A program made the translations under genes and the position numbers. Below, piece after piece: positions 51,304 through 61,391 of a DNA stretch of 64,000 nt. This stretch comes from Phycisphaeraceae bacterium. Lineage in GTDB: Bacteria; Planctomycetota; Phycisphaerae; Phycisphaerales; Phycisphaeraceae. Every line of letters starts with the position of its first letter. Position 1 is the first letter of the stretch. The notes beneath the pieces were generated by a model, which saw nothing but the letters and a program-made list of their open reading frames with translations, was not told the DNA's origin and made no database searches. The stretch lies in contig OY771506.1 in the NCBI GenBank assembly GCA_963674705.1, positions 2,560,001 to 2,624,000 of the forward strand, written 5' to 3'.

Positions 51304-52845
51304 ATGAACATCCGTTACGTTATCCGAGAACTTGGTTTGGTTCTGATCGTGCTGTGCTTGTGCATGGTTGCGGTGATGGGCTGGGCGGCCTGGCAGTGGG
51401 CGGATGGCAACGCGGATGAACGCCTGGCCATGCTCTCGCTTTTGATGAGCACCGCCGCCGGCGCGATCCTCGGTTTATTCTGCTGGCTGTTCGGCAGCCG
51501 AAGCGGCACGGACTTTCTAGGCAAACGTGAAGCCTTACTGCTGGTCGCCCTCTGTTGGCTCATCGGCGCTGCCGTCGCGGGCCTGCCTTATTACCTCTGG
51601 GCATGGATGGAGCAATCCAAGCTCGCCGAGCACGCCTTCGGCTCATTCAGCTCCTGTTACTTCGAATCCATGAGCGGCCTGACCACCACCGGGGCGACCG
51701 TCCTCAGCGATGTCGACTCCATCCCCAAGGGGTTACTGCTCTGGCGCGCGACGACGCACTGGCTGGGTGGTCTGGGTATCGTCGTCTTATTCGTAGCCGT
51801 GTTGCCTACTCTCGGTGTCGGCGGCAAGAAGCTTTTCCATGTCGAAGCCCCAGGCCCGCAGCAGCAGGGCGTGCGTCCGCGCATCAAGGAAACCGCACGA
51901 ATCCTCTGGCTCATCTACCTCATGCTCACCATCATCCAGACCGTGTCACTGCGCTTGGCAGGCATGGACTGGTTTGATGCCGTCTGCCACACGTTCGCAA
52001 CGCTCGCAACGGGCGGATTCAGTACACACAACGCCAGCATCGGCGGTTACAACAGTTGGATGATCGATATTATCACGATCGTCTTCATGATCCTGGCTGG
52101 TGTGAACTTCGGCCTTTATTACCAACTCGCTCGCCGCCGGTTCGACATGATCTGGAAAGACCCGGAGCTGCGCGTCTACCTGGGCATCATCTTCGTAGCG
52201 ACCGTACTGATCTCGGTCAGCATCTACGGCAAAACCACCACGTTCATGGACGGCTCCAAACACGAACTGGGCGTCGCCGAATCTGTCCGCCATAGCGCCT
52301 TCCAGGTCGCTTCCATCCAGACCACGACCGGCTTCTCCACAGCCGACTTCGATCTCTGGGGCTTCGTCCCGCAGGCGGTACTCGTCACGCTCATGTTCAT
52401 CGGCGCTTCGGCGGGTTCGACCGGCGGCGGCATCAAGGTCATCCGTATCATCATCGCCGCCAAGGTCATGTACGCGGAGTTGGAACGCGTCTTCAGACCG
52501 AATGTCGTGCGTACGATCCGCATCGGGAAAAGCGCGATCGATCCCGAATTGAAGCAGGGCGTTCTGGTTTATGTGCTGCTGATCCTGCTGCTGTTCCTGG
52601 GCGGGACGGTCGGGTTGATGCTCATCGAGCCGGCGGGATCGCTGGACTTCGGCTCCGCCGCCACTGCCAGCGCCGCGACGCTCAACAACATCGGCCCCGG
52701 TTTGAGCAAGGTCGGGGCAACGCAGAACTACGGCTTCTTCAGCGCGCCGGCCAAGATACTTTTGAGCATGCTCATGGTCCTGGGCCGGCTTGAAGTCTAT
52801 GCCGTCCTCGTGCTGTTGCGTCTGGCTTTCTGGACGGGTGATTAG
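51304..52845 (+). CDS. trkH: Trk potassium uptake membrane protein TrkH (copy 2)
   Basis: TTTG, ATGG, TTTG and NNIG filter motifs; GSTGGGIK and GRLE. Confidence 0.95.
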   Translation: MNIRYVIRELGLVLIVLCLCMVAVMGWAAWQWADGNADERLAMLSLLMSTAAGAILGLFCWLFGSRSGTDFLGKREALLLVALCWLIGAAVAGLPYYLWAWMEQSKLAEHAFGSFSSCYFESMSGLTTTGATVLSDVDSIPKGLLLWRATTHWLGGLGIVVLFVAVLPTLGVGGKKLFHVEAPGPQQQGVRPRIKETARILWLIYLMLTIIQTVSLRLAGMDWFDAVCHTFATLATGGFSTHNASIGGYNSWMIDIITIVFMILAGVNFGLYYQLARRRFDMIWKDPELRVYLGIIFVATVLISVSIYGKTTTFMDGSKHELGVAESVRHSAFQVASIQTTTGFSTADFDLWGFVPQAVLVTLMFIGASAGSTGGGIKVIRIIIAAKVMYAELERVFRPNVVRTIRIGKSAIDPELKQGVLVYVLLILLLFLGGTVGLMLIEPAGSLDFGSAATASAATLNNIGPGLSKVGATQNYGFFSAPAKILLSMLMVLGRLEVYAVLVLLRLAFWTGD

Positions 52846-52949
52846 TCTGCCACCCTTCGACAAGCCCTCAAATCATTTACAGCAAATAGTTGACGTGCTC
52901 TGCCCGGCGAAGGATACTTCCTGCAATCTTTAGCCGAGGGTTCTACCTT

Positions 52950-53264
52950 ATGATCATCGTCAATACCGAAACCATCCCCGGCCGCGAGGTCTCGCATATC
53001 CTCGGGCTGGTTCAAGGCAACACCATCCGTGCTAAGCACCTGGGCCGCGACATCGCTGCGGGTTTCAAGAACCTGGTCGGTGGTGAACTCAAGGGTTACA
53101 CGGAACTGCTTACCGAAGCCCGTCGAGAAGCGGTCCAGCGCATGATGGCACAGGCCGAACAACTCGGCGCCGACGCCATCGTCAACGTACGTTTCACGAC
53201 CAGCGCCGTCGCGCAAGGTGCAGCAGAACTCTACGCCTACGGCACCGCGGTAAAACTCGTCTAA
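52950..53264 (+). CDS. YbjQ/UPF0145 family protein
   Basis: MIIVNTETIPG, LGLVQG, GGELKGYTELL..AR..A, GADAIVNVRF and AYGTAV motifs. Confidence 0.92.
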   Translation: MIIVNTETIPGREVSHILGLVQGNTIRAKHLGRDIAAGFKNLVGGELKGYTELLTEARREAVQRMMAQAEQLGADAIVNVRFTTSAVAQGAAELYAYGTAVKLV

Positions 53265-53282
53265 ACCTATACGGGAACAATC

Positions 53283-53765
53283 GTGGACACCCTCATCGCA
53301 CTCATCTGGCAACTGATCGCACTACCGACAGCGTTCTTCATCGGACGTTTCACGGAAAGACGCCACCTGCGAGACCTCGATGAACGCGAGAGCCGGTCCG
53401 GCGACATCATCGTGACGAACCTCAAGACCATTGCCGATCCCGCTTCCGTGGAAGGGGGGCGGATGGTGATCGGCCACGTCGTGATTGCGACCGACTACTG
53501 GAAAAGCTTTGCAACACGGATGCGCAACCTCGTCGGCGGGGAAATGAAGTCCGCGCAGTCGCTGATGATCCGTGGCCGGCGCGAAGCCCTGATGCGCCTT
53601 ATTGAAAACGCCCGTGAATACGGCGCGACCGAGGTCTACAACGTCCGCTACCAATTCTCCAACATCAGCATGATGCGCGGCAGCAAGGGTGGGGCGATGC
53701 AGGTTGAAATCTTAGCTTACGGCACAGCCATCGTACGTCGGTCCCAACAGATCGCCTCCCCGTGA
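53283..53765 (+). CDS. YbjQ family protein with N-terminal TM
   Basis: GHVVIATDY, GGEMKS, RGRREA and EILAYGTAI motifs. Confidence 0.88.
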   Translation: MDTLIALIWQLIALPTAFFIGRFTERRHLRDLDERESRSGDIIVTNLKTIADPASVEGGRMVIGHVVIATDYWKSFATRMRNLVGGEMKSAQSLMIRGRREALMRLIENAREYGATEVYNVRYQFSNISMMRGSKGGAMQVEILAYGTAIVRRSQQIASP

Positions 53766-54622
53766 CCAGACCCGAACACGATCCCGGTATCGAGTTTGAG
53801 CCGCACCTGAACGCCGGCCACTCACATACACCCGATCCATCCGAATCCAAGGCTGAACAAACCATCGAGCGTGAAGCACGCCGCGGCGGCTTCGAACGGC
53901 TCGCCGCCATGCACGCCGTGACCGAAGAGCCATTTGTCCTGAAGCCTACGGACGAAGCAAAAAAGTTCAGTGCAGGCTCATTCTGTGCTCAATGTGGTTA
54001 CGACATGCGCGGAAGCGCACACACCGCCTGCCCTGAATGCGGTTTCGACCCGTCAGGCGGGTTCGGCCCCTATCTGAAAAAGCGTATCGAGCAGACTCCC
54101 CCGGGTACGCAGTGGCTGGTCTTCTTGATCGCCCTGGCGACCGGCGGCATCCTTTCAGTGCTCGGTTCACTGTTCGGGCAGTTGATCCTCAATTCCGATG
54201 TCGGCCTCGTTGCCTATGCGGTCACGACACCGATTTACGAAGAATTCATGAAGGTCATCTTCATCCTCATGCTCATCGAGCTTCGGCCGTGGGTCTTCAA
54301 GCATGCCTGGGCGATCTGGGTCGCCGCCATCGGTAGCGCCGCCACCTTCGCCACCCTCGAGAACCTGCTCTACCTGAACGTCTATATCCCCAATCCCACC
54401 CCCGGCATCATCCTCTGGCGGTGGACCGTCTGCTCTGCATTGCACATCGGTTGCACCACCACCGTTACCTTCGGCCTTATCCGTATGTGGCGAAGCAGCA
54501 TCACTCGCCTGCGTCCTCCGGCCGTGTCCGATGCCTACCCCTTCATTGTCGCCGCCATCGTCGTCCACGGCACTTACAACGGCATCGTGCTGCTCTTAGA
54601 GGTCTTCGGCTTCAGCTTCTGA
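53762..54622 (+). CDS. PrsW family intramembrane protease with N-terminal zinc ribbon
   Basis: EEFMK, FATLEN, H and HGTYN PrsW motifs; CAQCGYDMRG....CPECG. Confidence 0.82.
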   Translation: MTRPEHDPGIEFEPHLNAGHSHTPDPSESKAEQTIEREARRGGFERLAAMHAVTEEPFVLKPTDEAKKFSAGSFCAQCGYDMRGSAHTACPECGFDPSGGFGPYLKKRIEQTPPGTQWLVFLIALATGGILSVLGSLFGQLILNSDVGLVAYAVTTPIYEEFMKVIFILMLIELRPWVFKHAWAIWVAAIGSAATFATLENLLYLNVYIPNPTPGIILWRWTVCSALHIGCTTTVTFGLIRMWRSSITRLRPPAVSDAYPFIVAAIVVHGTYNGIVLLLEVFGFSF

Positions 54623-54717
54623 TCAATCCGTACCCCGCCGCTTGACCCCGGCACGTCTTCGCTGAACAATGCTCTAAACCAGAACCAGAACCTCGATATA
54701 AGACCATAGACACCGAT

Positions 54718-55263
54718 ATGCCCATAGCTGACCAGGACATCGTCAACGTCGATATGCCCAAGCTGACCCCGGCTCAGGCCTTCTACCTGCCCGAAGTCTT
54801 CAAGGGATTGGGCACCACCATCAAGCACGTCGCCAAGGCCGTCGCTCGGGGTAAGGGCAACCTGGCCATGGCCTACCCCGAAGAACGCCGCGAGCACCTG
54901 CCCGTCGAGAAGGGCGGTATTAACGTCGGCAACTTCCGTGGCGTTCACCGACTCAACCGTGACGAACAGGGCCGCGTCCGCTGCGTCGCCTGCTTCATGT
55001 GCTCCACCGCCTGCCCCGCCCATTGCATCCATATCGAGGCCAGTGAAGCACCCTGGGACGACCGCGAAAAGTATCCCGCTAAGTTCGACCTCGACGAGCT
55101 ACGCTGCATCTATTGCGGCATGTGTGAAGAAGCCTGCCCCGTCGACGCCATCGAACTCACCCAGACCTACGATATCGTCGGCCTCAGCCGTCAGGAAATG
55201 ATCTTCGATAAGCAGAAGCTGTTGGCCGTCTACGACGCTACGATCGAAGGTAAACCAATGTGA
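54718..55263 (+). CDS. nuoI: NADH-quinone oxidoreductase subunit I
   Basis: YPEE, FRGVHRL, CVACFMCSTACP and CIYCGMCEEACPVDAI motifs. Confidence 0.93.
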   Translation: MPIADQDIVNVDMPKLTPAQAFYLPEVFKGLGTTIKHVAKAVARGKGNLAMAYPEERREHLPVEKGGINVGNFRGVHRLNRDEQGRVRCVACFMCSTACPAHCIHIEASEAPWDDREKYPAKFDLDELRCIYCGMCEEACPVDAIELTQTYDIVGLSRQEMIFDKQKLLAVYDATIEGKPM

Positions 55264-56681
55264 TGTCTTGTATCAGATCCATCAAGCCGGGTTTTAATAT
55301 TTTTAAGCAGCGGGTGTGGGTCACTCATATCCGATTCTGGATCATCATTGTGATGCTGCTCATAGGCTTCATGGTGACAGGTTGTGCATCCCCCAGTTCA
55401 GGCAAAAACGCCGTCGGTACAGCCCGCCTCACCGAGGCTGAACTGGCCGATCAACTCAACGAGTTCTCTGACCGTTTCACGACTCAGATCACTTCCACCG
55501 CCAATAGGATCAGCCGGGATAGCGAAGACCGGGCTATCCAAAAGATATGTTTGCTCTGGAAAATCCGTTCCTCGACCATGATCCAGGACGCAATCTTAGC
55601 TAATCACCCGCAAAAAGCTTTTCTTGACGCGGCAACGCTGACCGTGCAGATGCGCAAGTTCCTGGAGAACCCGAATTCCACCGGCGCTACTCTCCTCGGC
55701 GATCACCAACAGGCAGCGCTCGATACCGCGGTTCGGCTTGAAAACGACATCTTTCAGATCGGCGGCCTGTTCCTGAACGCGGAGCAACTCGAAAATCTCA
55801 AGCAAGATATTGATACTTACACCGACGAAAACCCAATGGCAGGCACGTTCAATTTAGCTGCGGTCAGGTCTGGCAAAGCTCAATCATCTCAGATCCAGAT
55901 GTTCGACTGGGTGACCGCGATCCCCATGGCGCCCTTCCGTGCCCTGGAAGGTATCGATTCCGGCGCTCAGGCCATCAGCGCGTTTAACGTGATCGCCAGC
56001 CAGTTCTCACGGATCGTCGAAGACATGCCCGAGCAGACACGTTGGCACGCTGAGTTGCTTTTGTATGAACTCGAAGAACGCCAATTCACGGTTGATGCGC
56101 TTGACAGCTTCAACAAGGTTGCACTCAGCGCAGAATCTTTATCCAAGACAGCCCAAACCTTGCCCGCCGATCTGCGCAAAGAAGTCACACTCGCCTTACA
56201 GGATTTTGAAAACCAGCAACAACAGTTGCAGCAAACGCTCAACACGCTGGACGGCACGATCGAGCGCGCGACACTCATGCTCGATTCGGTCTACGCCGCC
56301 GGAGACAACGTCGCTCAGGCCGGCGAATCCTGGCGAGAGGTATTCCAGGCGATCGGTGCGATGGGCGGGGATAAGTCTTCTAAAGATCCTTCCGAACCCT
56401 CCCGCCCGTTCGATATCCGCGAATACACCGCAACCGCCGAGCGCCTCACCGAAGCCGCCACCGAGTTACGTTCGCTGGTCAACGAAATCAATCAGACACT
56501 CCAGAACGAAAAAGTCAGCACGCTGCCCGCTCAGGCATTACAGGACGCCGAGGCACGCGGCCGCAGCGTTACCGACCACGCCGCCTGGCGCGTGCTGCAA
56601 CTGATGGCTGCCGCGTTCATGCTGATGATCATCTACCGGCTGATCAGCCACCGCCTGATCGGGCGTAAACCATCGGCCTGA
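55260..56681 (+). CDS. Hypothetical helical lipoprotein with C-terminal TM
   Basis: Lipobox MVTGC; long coiled-coil region; C-terminal hydrophobic helix; start codon uncertain. Confidence 0.7.
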   Translation: MMSCIRSIKPGFNIFKQRVWVTHIRFWIIIVMLLIGFMVTGCASPSSGKNAVGTARLTEAELADQLNEFSDRFTTQITSTANRISRDSEDRAIQKICLLWKIRSSTMIQDAILANHPQKAFLDAATLTVQMRKFLENPNSTGATLLGDHQQAALDTAVRLENDIFQIGGLFLNAEQLENLKQDIDTYTDENPMAGTFNLAAVRSGKAQSSQIQMFDWVTAIPMAPFRALEGIDSGAQAISAFNVIASQFSRIVEDMPEQTRWHAELLLYELEERQFTVDALDSFNKVALSAESLSKTAQTLPADLRKEVTLALQDFENQQQQLQQTLNTLDGTIERATLMLDSVYAAGDNVAQAGESWREVFQAIGAMGGDKSSKDPSEPSRPFDIREYTATAERLTEAATELRSLVNEINQTLQNEKVSTLPAQALQDAEARGRSVTDHAAWRVLQLMAAAFMLMIIYRLISHRLIGRKPSA

Positions 56682-56755
56682 ACCCCGCATTCTCTGACAA
56701 ATACTTTGTCAATCGATGTCTCGTGGTAAGATGTGTCTTCTGCAGGAGAATCCAC

Positions 56756-57559
56756 TTGACTTCACCCATCGACGCCCGTGCACCACGCCCCAACCGCCTT
56801 TCCATCGCGCGCGATTGGCTGCCTCGCTATACCGGCATGCCTATCGACCGCTTCGGCGACTACATCCTCCTGACCAACTTCCGCAGCTACCTGCACAACT
56901 TCGCAGATCGTTTCAACTGCGATATCGTCGGCGAGGAACGACCCATGCAGGCCGCGACCAACAACAACGGCCTGAGCATGATCAACTTCGGCATCGGTTC
57001 GGCTAACGCCGCCACCATCATGGACCTGCTCAGTGCGCGTCAGCCCAAGGCCGTGCTCTTCCTTGGTAAGTGCGGCGGGCTTAAACACTCCACCGAAATC
57101 GGACACTTCGTCCTGCCCATCGCCGCCATCCGTGGCGAAGGCACAAGCGACGACTACTTCCCGCCCGAGGTCCCCGCGCTACCCTCGTTCAAACTGCACA
57201 AGTTCGTCTCTGACAAGATCGTCGCGCGTGGTTATGAATACCGCACTGGTGTCGTCTTCACCACCAACCGCCGGATGTGGGAGCACGACCAGCGCTTCCT
57301 CGATCGACTGCATGCCGCCAGCGCACTGGCCATCGACATGGAGACCGCCACCATCTTCATCGTCGGCCACTACAACCAGATCGCCCGCGGCGCACTGCTG
57401 ATGGTTTCGGATGTCCCCAACACCCCCGAAGGTGTCAAGACCGAAGCCTCCGATATCAAGGTCACTACCGAGTGGGCACGACCGCACCTTGAACTGGGCA
57501 TCGAAGCCATGAGCGAGATCAGCGAAAAGGGCGAACACATCAAGCACTTTACTTACTAG
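56756..57559 (+). CDS. amn: AMP nucleosidase (short PNP/UDP-family type)
   Basis: [35 protein letters not shown] and DMETAT motifs; TTG start after CAGGAG. Confidence 0.88.
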   Translation: MTSPIDARAPRPNRLSIARDWLPRYTGMPIDRFGDYILLTNFRSYLHNFADRFNCDIVGEERPMQAATNNNGLSMINFGIGSANAATIMDLLSARQPKAVLFLGKCGGLKHSTEIGHFVLPIAAIRGEGTSDDYFPPEVPALPSFKLHKFVSDKIVARGYEYRTGVVFTTNRRMWEHDQRFLDRLHAASALAIDMETATIFIVGHYNQIARGALLMVSDVPNTPEGVKTEASDIKVTTEWARPHLELGIEAMSEISEKGEHIKHFTY

Positions 57560-57590
57560 GGTGTGGGGTTTGGGGTGTAGGGTGTGGGGT
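57559..57590 (-). repeat. Heptamer repeat (GGGTGTR-type), inverse of the TACACCC array
   Basis: GGGTGTG GGGTTTG GGGTGTA GGGTGTG GGGT. Confidence 0.8.
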
Positions 57591-57701
57591 AAAAGGCAAA
57601 GACCATTGGTACAGGATCTTTACCGCGAAGCCCACGTTCGCCGAACGTGGGCTCTTGCACATGGGGGGAGAAAACAGAAAACGCAGAAAAGCAGAAAATA
57701 A

Positions 57702-57785
57702 AATCCCCAATCCCCAATCCCCAATCCCCAATCCCCAATCCCCAATCCCCAATCCCCAATCCCCAATCCCCAATCCCCAATCCCC
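57702..57785 (+). repeat. Perfect heptamer tandem repeat (AATCCCC)x12
   Basis: Counted directly; same unit as the cyanobacterial STRR CCCCAAT. Confidence 0.97.
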
Positions 57786-57899
57786 AATTCCAAAAATCCA
57801 TCCGGACCTTCGCTTCGCTCAGGACCGGCGTTGTGGGGGGGATCTGGAAATCTGGAAAACTAGATAGCTGGAAATCAGAAAAGCAGGAAATAGAATTCC

Positions 57900-57948
57900 T
57901 ACACCCTACACCCTACACCCTACACCCTACACCCTACACCCCACACCC
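57900..57948 (+). repeat. Heptamer tandem repeat (TACACCC)x6 plus CACACCC
   Basis: Counted directly. Confidence 0.95.
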
Positions 57949-58004
57949 ATATCAAATCCATGCCATAATCTCCCACAGCCAACGACTACCCCAAGGGGCG
58001 TACT

Positions 58005-59213
58005 ATGCACATGTATTCTGCGATCTTTGGTGCCGGGACGGTGGGGCCGTTTTCGTCTCGTGCGTTTGTACCCGCGTTTATCACGGCGCTTTTGCTGCGC
58101 TTCGCCCCGCAGTGGGCGTCGTGGATGCCTCAGGACATAGCCAGCATTGCCGACCAGGCCCCGACATGGTTTACATGCAATACGTCATTGATCATCTTCG
58201 GCCTCCTCGCCGCGCTCGAGATCGCTGCCACCAAGAGCCCTGACATCCGCGCTGCCTACCAGGAAGTCGACAAGTACGCCAAGTCGATCGTCGCCTTCAT
58301 CACCTACATGGGCATCGCCAGCGTGCAGGATGTGGGTTTCGTTGAAAACGCCACGAAGATGGCCGGCTGGGCCGACGGCTTGCCGGCGCTTTTGATCGGC
58401 GTGGGTGTGTTCTGGCTCGGCACGCTCAGGCAAAGCGCGCTATCTGTCATCACCGATGCTGATGAAGACGATGACATCGGCGTGCAGAACCTGTTCAGTT
58501 GGGCGGAGGATGTCTGGAGCAGCTTTGGCATCATCCTGCTTCTGATCGCCCCATTTATCATGCTCATCCTCGTCGGTATCGTCGCGGGCATTCTCGTCCT
58601 GCTTCGCCGACGTGCTGAGAAAAAGGAAGACCGCTCCAGGATCGCCTGTGCAAACTGCGGCCAGATGATCTACGGCTCAGCCGTCCAGTGTTTTGCATGC
58701 AAGACGCCCGTACAGACGCCGAACGCTATCGGCATCTTCGGCACGTCGTTAGATGTGCCTGCCACCGATCCCGCTTCGCATCCGTATAAACTCGTTCAGA
58801 AAAAACGATGCCCCGTCTGTGCGACCCGTCTTGAAAAACGTACGGTATATCAAACCTGCAAGGCCTGTGGCCACGAACTGTTTGCCGATGCCGCGTTCGC
58901 AGATGCCTACATCGCGCGACTCGATGCACGCCTGCCGATCGTGCTGCTGGTTTCCGCCGGCTTCAGCATGATCCCCGTCATCGGCCTGATCCCGGGTGTC
59001 ATCTATTACCGACTCACACTCATCGGCCCACTACGCCGGTATATCCCCCGCACGCGCACGATCCTGCTGCGTTGGCTCGTTCGCATCGCGATCTTCCTGC
59101 TCATCATGCTCCAGTGGATCCCCGTCGCCGGTATTTTTGCCGTTCCAGCCATGGCGTTACTCAATTACAGCGTTTATCGCTCTGCTTTTCGCGGCATGCT
59201 CAAATCCGCTTGA
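58005..59213 (+). CDS. DUF4126-like membrane protein with two zinc-ribbon pairs
   Basis: RAFVPAF..ALL, LEI.A.K.P and S.AED motifs; CANC..CFAC and CPVC..CKAC; C-terminal TM segments. Confidence 0.65.
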   Translation: MHMYSAIFGAGTVGPFSSRAFVPAFITALLLRFAPQWASWMPQDIASIADQAPTWFTCNTSLIIFGLLAALEIAATKSPDIRAAYQEVDKYAKSIVAFITYMGIASVQDVGFVENATKMAGWADGLPALLIGVGVFWLGTLRQSALSVITDADEDDDIGVQNLFSWAEDVWSSFGIILLLIAPFIMLILVGIVAGILVLLRRRAEKKEDRSRIACANCGQMIYGSAVQCFACKTPVQTPNAIGIFGTSLDVPATDPASHPYKLVQKKRCPVCATRLEKRTVYQTCKACGHELFADAAFADAYIARLDARLPIVLLVSAGFSMIPVIGLIPGVIYYRLTLIGPLRRYIPRTRTILLRWLVRIAIFLLIMLQWIPVAGIFAVPAMALLNYSVYRSAFRGMLKSA

Positions 59214-59335
59214 CTGGCGTGCTATGATCTGCAGAAGCGGGCATTGAACGTTTATCCATGGACCGCATGCAATGTGGATGCGGTGTGTTCGTTTTTGTAT
59301 TGAGTGACATTCGTTCTCACTGATCGGGACGCCTG

Positions 59336-60550
59336 ATGCCAAGTAGGCCGATGAGCTTCGCCTCTGCCATGAGCGATGTGGTTTCCACCACGGATGCGCT
59401 CAATGAGGTGCTGTACCTGCTCTGCGATCAACTCGGTGATTCGCGACCGGACCTTTTGGTGATCTTCGCAACCATGCATCATCAATTGGAGTTCCGACGG
59501 ATCTGCCAGGAACTTGACGACTCTTTAAAGCCGCGCGTCATGATCGGCTGCACGTGCAGCGGCGTCATCGGCATCCGCCATGAACAGCAGCAAGGCCCCG
59601 GCTTGTCCGTGCTGGCGGGGGTGATGCCCGGTGTCGCGTTGCAGGGTTTCAGCTACGAGCAGTTCGACTGGCCTGCGATTATCGATGCGCCATCAGCGAT
59701 GCACGACACGATCGATCTCTCAAACGATCCCCGACATCCAACTGATGAGCCTGCAGCGATCATTTTACTGGCCGATCCTTTCAGCACACCGATGATCAAA
59801 CTCCTGCCGACGTTTGCCGCGGCATTCGGGCCGATCCCCGTGATCGGTGGGATGGCCAGCGGCGCACGCGCGGCCGGGCAGAACCAGCTCACGCTCAACG
59901 GTTCTGTGATGAGCGAGGGCGCGGTTGGCGTCGCAATCGGTGGGGCGGTCGACCTGCAAACCACGGTCAGCCAGGGGTGCCGGGCCGTCGGCGAACCCAT
60001 GCTCATCACCAAGAGCCATCGGCATATCGTCCAGGAACTCGGCGGCAAGAATCCGTTGCTGGCGTTGCGCCAAGTCGCCACGAAACTATCCCAAGAAGAT
60101 CGTGCGTTGATCGAACAGAACGGCCTGCATATCGGGCGCGTCATCAACGAGTACAAATCACACTTCGGACGCGGCGACTTCCTGATCCGAAACATGGTCG
60201 GCGTCGATGCCGAGGAAGGTTACATCGCCATCGGCGACCCGCGCGTACGCACCGGCCAAACCATCCAGTTTCATCTACGCGATGCCCAAAGTGCCGAAGA
60301 CGATCTTCGCATGATGCTCGATGCGCAGCAGGTTCACGGCGACGCCAAGGCGGTGCTGCTGTTCAGTTGTAACGGTCGGGGTGTCAACCTCTTCGATCAT
60401 CCGCACGCGGATGCAATGATGGTGCATGATGCACTGGGCAACGTACCACTTGCAGGCTGCTTCTGCGCCGGCGAGATCGGCCCCGTCGGCGACCAAAGCC
60501 ACCTCCACGGCCACACCGCATGTCTGGCAGTGTTTAGGGAAAGGGTGTAG
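59336..60550 (+). CDS. FIST N/C domain sensory protein
   Basis: IGCT..GVIG, LADPFS, IGGMASG, VSQGC, FLIRN, FHLRD, FSCNGRG and GEIGPV motifs; the start may be ATG 59351. Confidence 0.92.
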   Translation: MPSRPMSFASAMSDVVSTTDALNEVLYLLCDQLGDSRPDLLVIFATMHHQLEFRRICQELDDSLKPRVMIGCTCSGVIGIRHEQQQGPGLSVLAGVMPGVALQGFSYEQFDWPAIIDAPSAMHDTIDLSNDPRHPTDEPAAIILLADPFSTPMIKLLPTFAAAFGPIPVIGGMASGARAAGQNQLTLNGSVMSEGAVGVAIGGAVDLQTTVSQGCRAVGEPMLITKSHRHIVQELGGKNPLLALRQVATKLSQEDRALIEQNGLHIGRVINEYKSHFGRGDFLIRNMVGVDAEEGYIAIGDPRVRTGQTIQFHLRDAQSAEDDLRMMLDAQQVHGDAKAVLLFSCNGRGVNLFDHPHADAMMVHDALGNVPLAGCFCAGEIGPVGDQSHLHGHTACLAVFRERV

Positions 60551-60922
60551 GAAAGAATATTTTTGATTTCGGATTGATGATTTATGCTAAAGACTAGACT
60601 TTATTCGCGATTGTTTCATCAACGCCGGTACTGATCGCAGCGAAAGGCCGGGTATCTTCCGCCCGCGTTGACCAGACACACACCGTGATCAAAACATCCA
60701 CGAGTGCCACCCATGTGGCATGCTTGAAACCTCTATCACAAAACGGCAGAAGGTCAAGAAAAAGACGACTCTATACGTAAAAAAAGGCAAAAAAATACGA
60801 TAGTGGATAAGTCTACATTTTATCGGCTTGCAGGATTTTACTTGGAATCCGCGAACCATCTCGGCATAATGGGTGTATTAGCTTGTGTCAACGTTTCCTT
60901 TTTTCAGAATCGGAGTCGACGC

Positions 60923-61276
60923 ATGCAGATCAAAGTAGTTGGCGATCACCTGGACGTCACCCCTTCACTGGCCGAATACGCCAAACACCGAATCGAGCTC
61001 AGCCTGGATCGTTTTGCGGATCACATCCGCGATGTCACCGTTCGTCTCGATGACATCAGCGGACCGCACGGCCCCGGCACGAAGCGATGCCACATGGAAG
61101 TCACCCTCTTCCATCGTGACCCCGTTATCGTCGAGCAGAAGCACGCCGATATCTACACCGCGATAGATAAGGCAGGCTCACGGACCAAGCGGACCGTTCG
61201 TCGGCACATCAATCGTGTTCGTGATGCTCGTCGTTCTTCTACCCAACGGGCGATTCACCGCGCTGCGGTCGCCTGA
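60923..61276 (+). CDS. HPF/RaiA family ribosome-associated protein
   Basis: MQIKVVG.HLDVTPSL.EY, V.VRL.D and DIYTAID.A motifs; RBS GGAG. Confidence 0.85.
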   Translation: MQIKVVGDHLDVTPSLAEYAKHRIELSLDRFADHIRDVTVRLDDISGPHGPGTKRCHMEVTLFHRDPVIVEQKHADIYTAIDKAGSRTKRTVRRHINRVRDARRSSTQRAIHRAAVA

Positions 61277-61391
61277 CTTGGCCGGGTTTGCCCGGCATAT
61301 CTACATAGTTTCAGCTTAAAAACCCGGATCGGTTGCAGGCGCTGTACCCCCCGCGAGGGTGAATCAGACCTGAGACTTAGCACTCTTTGGC

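Noticed and set aside
57702..57948. Possible CRISPR array
   Set aside because: 7-bp tandem units without spacers, and no cas genes
57549..58243. ORFs with GIGDWGL / PNPQSPI / HPTPYTL repeats
   Set aside because: These are translations of the heptamer DNA repeats, with no RBS or domain; not real proteins
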